From positions 1 to 56,042 of the IMG/VR virus record IMGVR_UViG_3300021961_000122: DNA of 56,042 bases; one strand, 5' to 3'. The notes beneath the pieces are model-generated. The model saw only the letters and a list, made by a program, of their open reading frames with translations. It did no database searches and was not told where the DNA came from. This stretch comes from a virus. Lineage: Duplodnaviria > Caudoviricetes. Positions 31,701-38,942 of the stretch are shown piece after piece. The translations under genes were made by a program, and so were the position numbers. Every line of letters starts with the position of its first letter. Position 1 is the first letter of the stretch.

Positions 31701-31846
31701 GTTAAGTTACCGGTAATCGTTAAGTTAGATCCATAAACTAGATTGTTAGCGATTTTGCCTGCGCTAATCGAATAATCTTGTAACTTTGTGCTACCAACAA
31801 TGGTTGCATCAGTTATCTGATTATTCTTAATTCTGGTTACAGCCAT
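22703..31846 (-). CDS. Giant (3047 aa) repeat-rich tail fibre/appendage protein
   Basis: Long arrays of GN[LV]ATGGT[VI]S[AS]TG repeats; three globular modules (DAA[TN]K.YVDSVAQGL...RVL.KN...NGIY...FSGAGQYTAG); C-terminal AQYADLAE chaperone-like domain. Confidence 0.85.
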   Translation of the reverse strand: MAVTRIKNNQITDATIVGSTKLQDYSISAGKIANNLVYGSNLTITGNLTVQGNTTAIDTNITTIEDPVILLASTQTGAPAVDIGFLGQRGTSTNVAFVWDESQGLFVTVFTSTTETNTTVTIDSYASVKVLNSEVTGDLRVTGASNVSGINVAASSTLDFGLNRLGNVADPVSAQDAATKDYVDSAVSAAGFTITDGVDSAAIEAGDTIGYEGDTNITLTVFPAISNVQANIQVSLNDDVTISGNLGAGTLSLTGNVTSPLNVTGTVTAGNLASNGTLSSTGTATVGNVATGGTVSATGTITGGNLATGGTVSATGTATVGNVATTGTVSATGTGTFGNVATGGTMSATGTITSDNTITGGNLATGGTVSATGTGTFGNVATGGTVSATGTATVGNLATGGTVSATGTVTGGNLATGGTVSATGTATVGNLATGGSVSATGNVTGGNLITSGAITGSSVSVTGTVTGATAVVSGGTLSSTGTATLGNVATAGTVSATGNVTGGNVLTAGVVSATGNVTGANFLTTGLMSATGNISGGNLNTGFMFGSTGVTITAQGVDSSVVLVPNGTGTVDVSSSRITNVATPTTDTDAANKGYVDSVAQGLDLKASVVAATTTNITLSGIQTIDGVTTLIAGDRVLVKNQTNAADNGIYDVASGAWTRSSDMDTWAQVPGAFTFVEQGSTYADTGWVCTSDSGGTIGVTAINWTQFSGAGQYTAGDGLDLTGTVFSVNVDNVTTAIVGDAVVVKDGAQLTNPNIGTATGTSLSLTGTATAGNLATGGTVSSTGTITGGNLATGGTVSATGTATLGNVATGGTVSATGNVTGGNVLTAGLMSATGTVTGGNLATGGTVSATGTGTFGNVSTGGTVNATGNVSGGNLTTAGAISSTGTATLGNVASSGFISTTGTVTGDTAVNSGGTMSAVGTATVGNVATGGTVSATGNVTGGNVLTAGLMSATGTVTGGAVNSTTTMSAAGTITGGNVATGGTVSATGNVTGGNLTTAGAISSTGTATLGNVASTGFISTTGTVTGDTAVNSGGTMSAVGTATVGNVATGGTVSATGTVTGGAVNSTTTMSAVGTITGGNVATAGTVSATGTVTGGNLATGGTVSSTGTATLGNVASTGFISTTGTVTGGTVNSNGAVSATGNITGGNIDTEGTISATSTITGGNLVTSGAITGASVSVTGTVTGATAVVSGGTLSSTGTATLGNVSTSGTVSAGGNVTGANLLTTGVVSATGNVTGGNLSAGSGSIATTGNVSAGNVLTDYIYGSPSLTLESAGAITLTAPGNVSLGNVNIINLADPVNAQDAATKAYVDSVAQGLIIKTAVYAATTGTLDAASGGTVTYNNGTAGVGATLTTTGTYTSIDGASIATVGRRVLVKNQANNVQNGIYVYTNSTTLTRSTDADQPLEINSGTFVFVQNGTTQGDTGWVQTEDVSTIGTDPIIWTQFSGAGQYTAGDGLALTGTTFSVNVDDVTTAIVADAVVVKTGAVLHDISLTGNTTSQTLSTTGTITGGNIASTGFMSTSGTVTGGTVNSTGAISATTTVTGAGVNSTTTMSAVGTITGGNIATAGTVSATGTITSDNTITGGNLATGGTISSTGTATLGNVATAGTVSATSTITGGGVNSTSTMSATGTGTFGNVATAGTVSATGNVTGGNVLTGGIVSATSTITGGTVNSGTTMSAAGTITGGNLATGGTISSTGTATLGNVASTGFISTTGTVTGGTAVNSGDTMSATGTITGGNLSTAGTVTGGAATVTSLDAGSGAISTTGTVTGGVVNSTTTMSAVGTITGGNIATAGTVSATGTGTFGNVATAGNITGANVSVTGTVTGATAVVSGGTLSSTGTATVGNVSTAGTVSAGGTVTGAGVNSTTTMSATGTITGGNLATGGTISSTGTATVGNVATTGTVSATGNGTFGNVYTTGEVSATGNVTGGNVLTSGSMSATGNVSAGNVNTTNVQGSTVSITSAGVITLAGTSVSASSTNITNVADPVNAQDAATKFYVDSVAQGLDIKASCVSATTSALPSNTYSNGTAGVGATITANSVGALTMDGVSPTTGARVLIKNETGGNAPHNGIYVVTNPGGIAAAFVLTRATDMDNGSPSGEFPGAFTFIETGTTNADTGWVCTTDSPVTVGSTDITFQQFSGAGQYTAGAGLDLTGTTFSVNVDNITTAIVGDAVVVKDSAQLTTPNIGDATGTSLSTTGTITGGNLATGGTISSTGTATLGNVATGGTVSATGTITGGNLATAGTVSSTGTATLGNVNAGSGFISTTGTVTGGVVNSTSTMSATGTITGGNVATGGTVSATGTITSSNTITGGNLATGGTISSTGTITSDATITGGNLATGGTVSATGTGTFGNVATGGTVSATGNVTGGNVLTGGVVSATSTITGGNLATGGTISSTGTATVGNVATAGTVSATGNVTGGNLITSGAIEGSSVSVTGTVTGATAVNSGGTMSATGTITGGNVATAGTVSATGTITSSNTITGGNLATGGTISSTGTATVGNVATSGTMSATGNITGGNISTAGSGTFGNIVVQADDITGLNGVVTINGALGDVNFAVNGDTTANIFFVDAGTESVSIGSATQTTGAVLALNATTSFLAPVGNTSQRPTGVTGMLRFNSEINSMEVFDTNSEWTPVGQQEITVITDDQFSGDGSTVAFTLSQESTTAGTIVAINGVQQIPVTAYAVSGTTITFTEAPAIGDVIDCRILTTTTTVSAIQNSGATAKVSTPTGGNVDITGNILPVANVTYNLGSDTLRWNQLYLAGNTISLGSIKIKDTGGQIGFFENDGTTPATIDSASVDTTTIANGTSSLAVIASNGNIRANVNGTTVATIYGTGVEIAGDLTVTGNATLSGNILGDRIQNGTTTIDIQSAGGNANVTIGGTNNVGVFHTGGLNVTGAISASGTVTGTSFIGVATSAQYADLAENYAGDASYEPGTVVEFGGSAEVTVCDHDMCSRVAGVVSTHPAYTMNSELAAAHVVTVAFTGRVPCKVVGTVRKGDLMVAAGNGAARAEANPKPGTIIGKALADHEGAGVIEVVVGRF

Positions 31847-31917
31847 ATCATGACTCCTGTTTTATACGTTTTTTTCATGCACGATACCCATTATCATGCA
31901 GTCTGTACTACTGAACG

Positions 31918-31923
31918 TATTTA
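31918..31923 (-). promoter_or_regulatory. Late promoter (TAAATA) for the giant fibre gene
   Basis: ggTAAATAc, then a leader hairpin TGCATGATA-ATGGG-TATCGTGCA and an AGGAG SD. Confidence 0.55.
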
Positions 31924-31975
31924 CCAAAAGTCGTAGGAAAACAACACTGGGTAGTTTATTTCTCAGTGTTGGAAA

Positions 31976-32968
31976 TTAAGTTGTAATATTGCTGCCGATG
32001 GCCACTTGCTTCCAAGCACCACCACTGTAAACTGCCAGGCATGGTGTGCCAGAAGCGCCGTCTGAGACATAAATCATCTGTCCCGACGCTACGTTAGTTA
32101 ACCCATTAGCCTGGCTTACTGTGTATGTAGGCAATTGAAGGCTATGGGCAGCACTGATATCCAATATGTTGGTATTGGTCACCTGTGCTACTACTGTGCT
32201 ATTTATTTCAAAATCAATATTTCCAGCACTTGTGGTGGCAACAGAGGTGTTTCCATACACATTAGTCAGCGCAGAAACTGTGGTAATTTGTGAAATAAAG
32301 CGAACTTGTATAGTATCTGTAACAATAGGAACAGTGGTAAATGTTATCTGATTGCCAGTGACATCATAGTCAACACCGGGTGTTTGATTCACACCATTGA
32401 TGGTAACTAATATACCAGTAGCAGTAGCTTCTTGATCTAGTGTGAATACTGCATCTCCGCCGTTGCCTTCAATGGTTTGATTGGTAATAACTGTTGGAAT
32501 TGATCCAGCATTTTTCCACTCAGTGCCCGTGTATATTTCTACAAGACTAGTATCAGTATTAAAACGTAGTGTTCCAGCAATTGCAGGATTAGGACGGTCA
32601 CCGGTATCACCTACTGGTATTGAAACGCCTAGCACACCTTCAATTTGGACTATCCCTGTGCCGGTAGCATCTAACAAAATGTTGCCATTAGTTAGTGTAC
32701 TGGTAAGTGTGCTGCCTGACATGGTCAAGTTGCCCACTGTCAGTTGATTGGATGTAATGTTGGCAGTGGCACTGATGTCAGAAGCACAAATGTTGCCCGT
32801 TACATCTAAATCACAGCCCGGAGTTACAGTATTAATACCAACACGTTCGTTGGTTATGTCAAAAAATACCACTGGAACATCAATGGCCGTGTCAGAAATT
32901 GCCAGATTTGCACCATCTCTTAATAGATTGTCGTACAACATCTGTCCTGCAATTTTACTAATAGCCAT
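31976..32968 (-). CDS. Virion structural protein (fibre/baseplate-associated)
   Basis: P.G.T..RP....G.LRFN...E.Y.G..W and G.G....FTL...V.INGV.Q.P..DY domains, shared with the giant fibre. Confidence 0.65.
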   Translation of the reverse strand: MAISKIAGQMLYDNLLRDGANLAISDTAIDVPVVFFDITNERVGINTVTPGCDLDVTGNICASDISATANITSNQLTVGNLTMSGSTLTSTLTNGNILLDATGTGIVQIEGVLGVSIPVGDTGDRPNPAIAGTLRFNTDTSLVEIYTGTEWKNAGSIPTVITNQTIEGNGGDAVFTLDQEATATGILVTINGVNQTPGVDYDVTGNQITFTTVPIVTDTIQVRFISQITTVSALTNVYGNTSVATTSAGNIDFEINSTVVAQVTNTNILDISAAHSLQLPTYTVSQANGLTNVASGQMIYVSDGASGTPCLAVYSGGAWKQVAIGSNITT

Positions 32969-32997
32969 CAGTTTCCCCTAGTAGGGTATTTAGTCAT

Positions 32998-33396
32998 TTA
33001 ACTAGTGCTGTGAATTACGTTCACTGGAATGTCATTGGGTGGTGCACTGGTAAATGTAATGTCAAATCCACCATTGACTGTGTAATTGGTGACGGGTATT
33101 TGATAAACGCTGCCCACAAACACAATAATTTGTTCTGCTGAACTTTCTGCTTCGGACATGGTGAATATTGTGGTAACGCCGTTGCCCACAAAACTGTCAA
33201 CTGTGTAGGATACTGCACCACCTTGCGCAAGAGTAACCCAAATAGTTCCGTTAAAGTACTCTACACTTACAGTATCTGTGTTAAATCTAAACTGTCCAAA
33301 TACAGGTGCTGGGGGGCGTGTAGCCGAAGTGCCAGAAGGCATAACCACCGATGTAGTTCCGGATTCTAATCGACGATTCTTTGCCCAGTTTCCCAT
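32998..33396 (-). CDS. Small virion structural protein
   Basis: Same two domains (PSGTSATRP...FRFN; FVGNG.TT.FT...Q.P...Y). Confidence 0.65.
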   Translation of the reverse strand: MGNWAKNRRLESGTTSVVMPSGTSATRPPAPVFGQFRFNTDTVSVEYFNGTIWVTLAQGGAVSYTVDSFVGNGVTTIFTMSEAESSAEQIIVFVGSVYQIPVTNYTVNGGFDITFTSAPPNDIPVNVIHSTS

Positions 33397-33397
33397 G

Positions 33398-33706
33398 TTA
33401 GACGCTGATTGAGCTCACTGTTACTGTAACAGAATCTGCTACGTTAGCGTCTGCTATAACAAGATCTCCGTTGTCAAGAATAAGTTTTTCTGTTGATATC
33501 ACGTAAGTTTCGTTGGCTGTTAGTTCAAGAGCCGAGTATATGGTATTGTCATCATCTGACGCTCCGCCATTGTTTACATAAACATTGGTAGAAACAGTAC
33601 CAGCTGTTGTGTTGCAAAGATACAACACTGTGATAGCTTGTTGACCAGCCGCAGTGAATACAGTTGTTGGACTAGTGGTGCTTAATCTAGTGTTAGTGAT
33701 TGCCAT
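33398..33706 (-). CDS. Small beta-rich virion protein
   Basis: 102-aa ORF with an AGGA SD, inside the structural operon. Confidence 0.6.
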   Translation of the reverse strand: MAITNTRLSTTSPTTVFTAAGQQAITVLYLCNTTAGTVSTNVYVNNGGASDDDNTIYSALELTANETYVISTEKLILDNGDLVIADANVADSVTVTVSSISV

Positions 33707-33715
33707 GTTTGTTCC

Positions 33716-34321
33716 TTAAAATATAATGCCGAACACAATTGCTTTGGCTCTGCTGACCAACTCGTCGTTGACAGTGGGACTGATAACGTAAACGCCAGTG
33801 CCCCCCGCTCCTTCGGCTTTGTTGTATAGTGCCGCTACATTAGGTGTAGCGGCGGGTGTTGACACTATGTTAGCCAACACCAGTTGTCCTGTGATATTTA
33901 CTTTGGCATTTCCAGCATCAAATGTAAATGCCGCGTCGCCTGAAAATGTTCCGCTGCCATTGTACTGTACTGAATTGAAGGGCAGGCCAGGATTGATGCC
34001 GCCAGTTGAAATGGGTACGTAAGGTGTTACGGGGCCACCATCAGCATCCACAGCAGGACTAATTTCCCAATCACCCGAAACGGTGTTAAAACGCAAGCCA
34101 GCCCATGTGGTTAGTGATTTTTGTGCAACCAGGCCCATGCTTTGTAAAGCACCATTGTTGTCGTAAGCAACTGTAATAAACGGATCAGTAACACGGAGCT
34201 CAGTAGAATCAATATAGGTAATGTTGCCAATTACATTTAAATTGGCATTAACAGTCATGGTACCCAGACCATCTGCTACGGTAATAGTATAATCGTCGCT
34301 GGTGTTTTTTACGGTGGCCAT
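33716..34321 (-). CDS. Virion structural protein
   Basis: L.V.GN.T.ID.T...V.DP.I motif, shared with the giant fibre N-terminus. Confidence 0.6.
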   Translation of the reverse strand: MATVKNTSDDYTITVADGLGTMTVNANLNVIGNITYIDSTELRVTDPFITVAYDNNGALQSMGLVAQKSLTTWAGLRFNTVSGDWEISPAVDADGGPVTPYVPISTGGINPGLPFNSVQYNGSGTFSGDAAFTFDAGNAKVNITGQLVLANIVSTPAATPNVAALYNKAEGAGGTGVYVISPTVNDELVSRAKAIVFGIIF

Positions 34322-34909
34322 TTATAGATCCTTTTGCTTATTTATCCGCATTTGAAAGGTTGGCAAATCCTCGTGAGCCAGGTTTGATATTGATTCCAGT
34401 TCGGGCAGTCGTGCTGTAGTGGCACCGCAAACGCGGATAAATTGTGTTTGGCGAAATTCTTTTGCGATTTTTACCAGTTGTCGCATCCAATTGCCTGTGT
34501 AAGTGGGCGCTGATCCAGCAGGTTTGTAAAATTCAGTGCTTTGGTATATGTTGTTAAACTGATTGTACTTGTTTGGGCCCATGTCAAATCCCAACAGGTA
34601 AATTCTCTCTTGTTGATCTAGTGCCGCTAAAGCCACCGCAATCGGGCCTGAACTGTAGCCATAGTAAGGTTCGGGCACACGTTGGGCGCCTAACCCTTCA
34701 ACAGGCTTCCGAGTGTAAAACACATGCTGGTTAGCGTATCCGCTGGCTTGTATTGCTTTGGAAATACCTGGATCAGTTGCCACAAGAACATCGGGTATAA
34801 AGTCGCGGTAAAGAGCATTGCACCCGTAGATTTTACCTAGTGTTTGAATATGTTCTAACGGTAATCCACGTCGGCTGACGCCATTGCCCAGTACAAATGC
34901 TATAGTCAT
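34322..34909 (-). CDS. Maf/MptE/GT29-like fold protein (possible glycosyltransferase)
   Basis: FVLGNG.SR, YGCNA.YR...PD.LV..D, SSG..A, IYLLGFD motifs. Confidence 0.55.
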   Translation of the reverse strand: MTIAFVLGNGVSRRGLPLEHIQTLGKIYGCNALYRDFIPDVLVATDPGISKAIQASGYANQHVFYTRKPVEGLGAQRVPEPYYGYSSGPIAVALAALDQQERIYLLGFDMGPNKYNQFNNIYQSTEFYKPAGSAPTYTGNWMRQLVKIAKEFRQTQFIRVCGATTARLPELESISNLAHEDLPTFQMRINKQKDL

Positions 34910-34942
34910 AAAAAATCCCCACGGTATTTAACGGTGGGGATT
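34910..34942 (-). terminator. Terminator-like hairpin whose loop contains a TAAATA late promoter
   Basis: Minus strand reads AATCCCCAC-cgtTAAATAcc-GTGGGGATT-TTTT-ATG. Confidence 0.65.
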
Positions 34943-34954
34943 AAAGTATTAGAA

Positions 34955-35683
34955 TTAAGTGTAACTTTCCACTTGTCCCAATTGTAATGTTTGTGCAGTA
35001 CCTTGCTCAGCACCCGAACGTACAACAGTACCTTCGTCACTAAAGAAGTTAGCAGCAAATTTTACATCATTAACAACTTCAGCTTCAGTATATCCGGGAC
35101 CACCAGTGTAGTCAAGTGCAAACTTGTTGGTTAGCTTGCTAATGCGGATATCACTGGAATCGCCAGGACTCATTGTGATGTTCATATAACCCGAAGACAA
35201 AGCACCGTCAGCAGCATCTTGTAAAACGCACTGGCCAACTTCAAAAGCTGTACCAGTAGTACCACCAGCAGAAGCAGCAGTTACATAGAAAACTGTGCCA
35301 GCAGCAGCACCAGCAGGTGCTCCCATTGATTGCCAGTCTGTATTACCTACAGTAGCAATCATCATAGAAGTACCAACCACTGCATTTGCAGGATCAATAG
35401 CAGCGTTAGTTGCTACCAAGTACTTACGGCTGCCTTTCTGACGAATAATATGTCCGTCAGCATCACCAGAAAACGAGTTTGCAATGTTTACGCGAACTTT
35501 AACTTGGGGGAATGTAGTGCTGGTAGCAGGTGAATCTATACCGCCGACTACGCCCAAGAATTCGGTTTCACTGGCGACATAGCCTGTGGGTAACACTGGA
35601 TTGGTCAACGAACCCCAGTTGGGATAGCCGACGTCAGTGTCAACGGAATTGTTGTATTTTTGTATTTTTAATGGTCTGCCCAT
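34955..35683 (-). CDS. Probable abundant virion protein (possibly capsid decoration)
   Basis: Strong AAGGAGG SD, its own late promoter and terminator, Gly/Ala/Thr-rich. Confidence 0.6.
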   Translation of the reverse strand: MGRPLKIQKYNNSVDTDVGYPNWGSLTNPVLPTGYVASETEFLGVVGGIDSPATSTTFPQVKVRVNIANSFSGDADGHIIRQKGSRKYLVATNAAIDPANAVVGTSMMIATVGNTDWQSMGAPAGAAAGTVFYVTAASAGGTTGTAFEVGQCVLQDAADGALSSGYMNITMSPGDSSDIRISKLTNKFALDYTGGPGYTEAEVVNDVKFAANFFSDEGTVVRSGAEQGTAQTLQLGQVESYT

Positions 35684-35710
35684 TTTGTTTCCTCCTTAAA
35701 GAAGTCCAAT

Positions 35711-35775
35711 GCGAGTTCTAGTCGCTACGCGGCTGGTGTGCCGCATAAAACGCAGTATTGCGTTATGTTTATTTA
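35711..35775 (-). promoter_or_regulatory. Late promoter followed by a three-hairpin structured 5' leader
   Basis: TAAATA at 35770-35775; stems AACGCA/TGCGTT, ATGCGGC/GCCGCGT and GCGA/TCGC. Confidence 0.55.
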
Positions 35776-35823
35776 TGCGAATCAGTATTTTTACCTGTGT
35801 TCAAATAGGATGTAAATATTGCC

Positions 35824-36987
35824 ATGGACACTACTGAATTTTTCATTGCCCAAGGCAACACCTTTAGAGAACAACACCAACCCGAATTGGCGCTACAGCA
35901 GTATATGCGTGCTATGGTCAAGGACCGAAACTCCTCTAGTGCCTTCAACAATTACGGCAATGTGCTTCGTGAATTGGGTGATCCTTGGGGCTCTATACCT
36001 TTTCACCAGCGTTCCATACAGTTAGATCCGGCCAATGTTACACACCAATTTAATCTTTCAGTGGCTTACTTGTTGAGCGGGGACTTTGCTCGTGGTTGGC
36101 CGCAGTATGAAGCACGGCACAATTTTGAGCATCTTAAAGGCACGCTGCCCAACTATCCGTGGCCGTGGTGGAATGGAACTGACGATCTAAAAGGCAAACG
36201 GTTTCTTGTCCGAGGTGAGCAAGGGCACGGGGATATTATACAGTTTGTGCGCTATGTACAAAACTTGAAAAATCTTGGTGCCAGTGTTACCGTACAAGTA
36301 ACTGATCCACTGGTTGGAATTATACAATCCAGCCCACTGGGACAAGGTGTACAGGTTCTTCGCTATGACCAAGAACCAGGTGGGCCATTTGACTATTGGT
36401 TGCCCATGATGAGCATTCCGGGACGCATCAATGTTCGAGTGGAGAACTTGCCCACTGTCATACAATATCTACAACCTGATCAGCAGTTGGTCAACAACTG
36501 GCGGAGGAACCTTGGCATTAAAAATCGTCTTCGCGTGGGTTTTGCGTGGAGCGGGCGGCGGGACAGCTGGATCAATCAGCACAAAAGCATGCCGTTTGAA
36601 TCCATTGTGAGTCTTATCAAGCGTAATCCCACTTATGACTGGTACAACTTGCAAGTGGACTGCACCGGAGAAGAGCTTGAAGAATTAAACCGCTTGGGTG
36701 TTCACAGTTATCCTGGTGGCTTGATTACATTTGCTGATACTGCGGCACTGATGACTCACCTTGATGTGATTGTAACAGTAGATACTGCCACTGCACATCT
36801 AGCAGCCGCACTAGGGCGTCCCACTTGGATCATGCTCAACAACTATGGACTTTGCTGGCGTTGGCTGCTTAATCGTGATGACACACCTTGGTATGCTACA
36901 GCGCGATTATTTCGTCAACCCACCATGGGACAGTGGGAACCAGTGCTGGATCGAATTGACCGTAACTTAAAACTGTTTAAGATTTAA
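35824..36987 (+). CDS. TPR-domain GT9-like glycosyltransferase
   Basis: N-terminal TPRs; EQG.GD.IQF.RY, RVG.AW.G, DTAAL...LD...TVDT..AHLA.ALG.P.W, WY...RLFRQ. TAAATA lies 5 nt before the ATG. Confidence 0.85.
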   Translation: MDTTEFFIAQGNTFREQHQPELALQQYMRAMVKDRNSSSAFNNYGNVLRELGDPWGSIPFHQRSIQLDPANVTHQFNLSVAYLLSGDFARGWPQYEARHNFEHLKGTLPNYPWPWWNGTDDLKGKRFLVRGEQGHGDIIQFVRYVQNLKNLGASVTVQVTDPLVGIIQSSPLGQGVQVLRYDQEPGGPFDYWLPMMSIPGRINVRVENLPTVIQYLQPDQQLVNNWRRNLGIKNRLRVGFAWSGRRDSWINQHKSMPFESIVSLIKRNPTYDWYNLQVDCTGEELEELNRLGVHSYPGGLITFADTAALMTHLDVIVTVDTATAHLAAALGRPTWIMLNNYGLCWRWLLNRDDTPWYATARLFRQPTMGQWEPVLDRIDRNLKLFKI

Positions 36988-38131
36988 CGTTTCTTATTTG
37001 TTTTGCCATCAGGTTAGCAAAGTCTGTACTGTGAAAATGCTCTTTATTTTTAAGAAGTCGCGGGGCAAATGATTCGTGTGCCCTTAAAATATCTTGTTCA
37101 GCAGAAGGCGATAGCAACAAGCGATCTAAAAATTCCACAATCATACGAATTCGAGTTTTATGATCAGGTTCTTGGTCCCATGTACGCCATGGAATATAGT
37201 CAGAAAACATGTCTAATCCCATGTCTTCAAAAAATTTAGTTATCCCTATAGGTCCAACTATTATGGGTATTTGGTAGGCCATAAATGGTTTTGCTGTTTT
37301 TTCAGACAGTCCAATGCCATCAGTTAAGCTAGTTTCTGTTACAAGATTTATAGCGTATTCACTATATATCGGGCTGTCTATACTGGAACTTCCGCCAAAC
37401 CACATTCGATCTGGTCCAGTTGTTATCCGATCGTTGGGCAAACGTATAGGTAATAGATGCCCATAAGAAGCAGCAGATTCGCGTTCCTCTAATGATAGAT
37501 ACCTTTTTATTGAAAACATATCAAGTCGTTCTTGAAAACTAATGCTCGAATTGTATCCTGTTATAGCATGAAAACTGTATCCAATACGATTAAACCAAGA
37601 TTTTCCAGCCAGCAAAGAAAATAGATAAATCCTGTGCCACGTGGCATTCATGTTTAACGACATTAGTGTTCGAGTTTTTTTCACAAATGGTATATCGTAC
37701 ACAGTTATATTTGGAATCCAAGATAGCAGCAAATGTTTTTGGGAAACCACATATTCTTCGATTAATTTTTGACTGATAATCCACAAAATCCAGGAAAAAA
37801 ATATTATGTTAGGGTGTGGTTGGTAAAAGTAGGTATAGTCACAGACTATAAGATAAGATGTAGTTATTTGTGATAGGTCATTATGAATTTCCGCCAGTGT
37901 TAATTGTGTTTTGCGACCATCATTATCATTTATTTTTACAGGATTCCAAATGTCTAATACTATAGTTTCTACATGATTGTCAGTTACTATTGACTGAATA
38001 CGATCTAAAAATTGTTGTTGGGTTTCATAGCTTAATCCTTGAATATCTGGATCTTCAAGCAATAAAACATTTCCGGAAAAGAATTGTTCAACCCAAGGAG
38101 TAATATGCCGTGGTGTTAAAGTGTAAATCAT
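36977..38131 (-). CDS. GT-B/GT10-like glycosyltransferase-family phage protein
   Basis: INLVTET......SEKTAKPF...QIPI..G......F..MG.D.F......WD. Confidence 0.55.
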   Translation of the reverse strand: MIYTLTPRHITPWVEQFFSGNVLLLEDPDIQGLSYETQQQFLDRIQSIVTDNHVETIVLDIWNPVKINDNDGRKTQLTLAEIHNDLSQITTSYLIVCDYTYFYQPHPNIIFFSWILWIISQKLIEEYVVSQKHLLLSWIPNITVYDIPFVKKTRTLMSLNMNATWHRIYLFSLLAGKSWFNRIGYSFHAITGYNSSISFQERLDMFSIKRYLSLEERESAASYGHLLPIRLPNDRITTGPDRMWFGGSSSIDSPIYSEYAINLVTETSLTDGIGLSEKTAKPFMAYQIPIIVGPIGITKFFEDMGLDMFSDYIPWRTWDQEPDHKTRIRMIVEFLDRLLLSPSAEQDILRAHESFAPRLLKNKEHFHSTDFANLMAKQIRNVKS

Positions 38132-38262
38132 TAGCGAACTGGAACAGGTTCTTTGATTGGTGGCAGCAACGGCTTTGGTGGTTGGGGTTGATTTAGTCCT
38201 TGTGTATTCCCTACAGGACTAACAGGCTGTGGTTGACGTGAGTTTTTTATTGCGGTGATCAT
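38131..38262 (-). CDS. 43-aa Pro/Gln-rich small protein
   Basis: Not in the ORF track: MITAIKNSRQPQPVSPVGNTQGLNQPQPPKPLLPPIKEPVPVR. ATGA overlap upstream and TAATG overlap downstream. Confidence 0.5.
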   Translation of the reverse strand: MITAIKNSRQPQPVSPVGNTQGLNQPQPPKPLLPPIKEPVPVR

Positions 38263-38891
38263 GGCGCCAAAGTGATTTTAAGAGTTTTTCTTGGATAAAA
38301 TCCAAAATTAGCACTACCGTGTGGCACCGTTATATGATCCCAATAAATTACATGACCTTTCTTCCAGCTAATTGAATTATTGTTAAAAAATAAACACTGC
38401 CCCGGCATTTGATCTTCTAACATAACTAGCCATCTTTTAGCTGGAACATCTCCATTTACTTTCTTTTCTTCTTTTTTTCTATCATAATGTAATGGAAACA
38501 TATCACCAGGTCGTTGTATAGTTAATCGCATTTGAGCGTTAGTTATATTGGCTATATCCCGAAAAATAGGTGACGGTTGGACAACTGTTCTCTTAAAATC
38601 AGTTGATAAATTTGGCGTTTCAAGTTGTCGTCCTGTTTCTGAGTATAATCGATCAAATTCAGAGTCAAAAATCCACTCATGTAATTGATTTAAATCAAGA
38701 TTTTCGTAGGTTTGTGTTAGTAAAGCTGAATAATATTCGTCACGAGGAAACGCTTTATTTTCTTTAAATTCCACTCTCTGTTGTTCAACCCAATGGTTGA
38801 CAGCATCTACTAAGTCAGTATCCGGTCCAAGAATCTCAACACCGTTGTCTTTATGATATTTTTTTGCACACCATTCAAACCATTTTTTCAT
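38259..38891 (-). CDS. 2OG-Fe(II) dioxygenase (Asp/Asn beta-hydroxylase-like)
   Basis: PG...PLHYD (HxD), W..G...W....PHGSAN.G..PR..L.IT. Confidence 0.7.
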   Translation of the reverse strand: MKKWFEWCAKKYHKDNGVEILGPDTDLVDAVNHWVEQQRVEFKENKAFPRDEYYSALLTQTYENLDLNQLHEWIFDSEFDRLYSETGRQLETPNLSTDFKRTVVQPSPIFRDIANITNAQMRLTIQRPGDMFPLHYDRKKEEKKVNGDVPAKRWLVMLEDQMPGQCLFFNNNSISWKKGHVIYWDHITVPHGSANFGFYPRKTLKITLAP

Positions 38892-38942
38892 AATATAGTT
38901 TTGCGTTTTACTTAATTATACAGCAAGTGCTAATTGGATAAT

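Noticed and set aside
22703-31846. Repeats read as a CRISPR array or a DGR template/variable repeat
   Set aside because: The repeats are in-frame coding with synonymous variation and have no constant repeat-unique spacer pattern. No cas or reverse transcriptase gene is present in the window.
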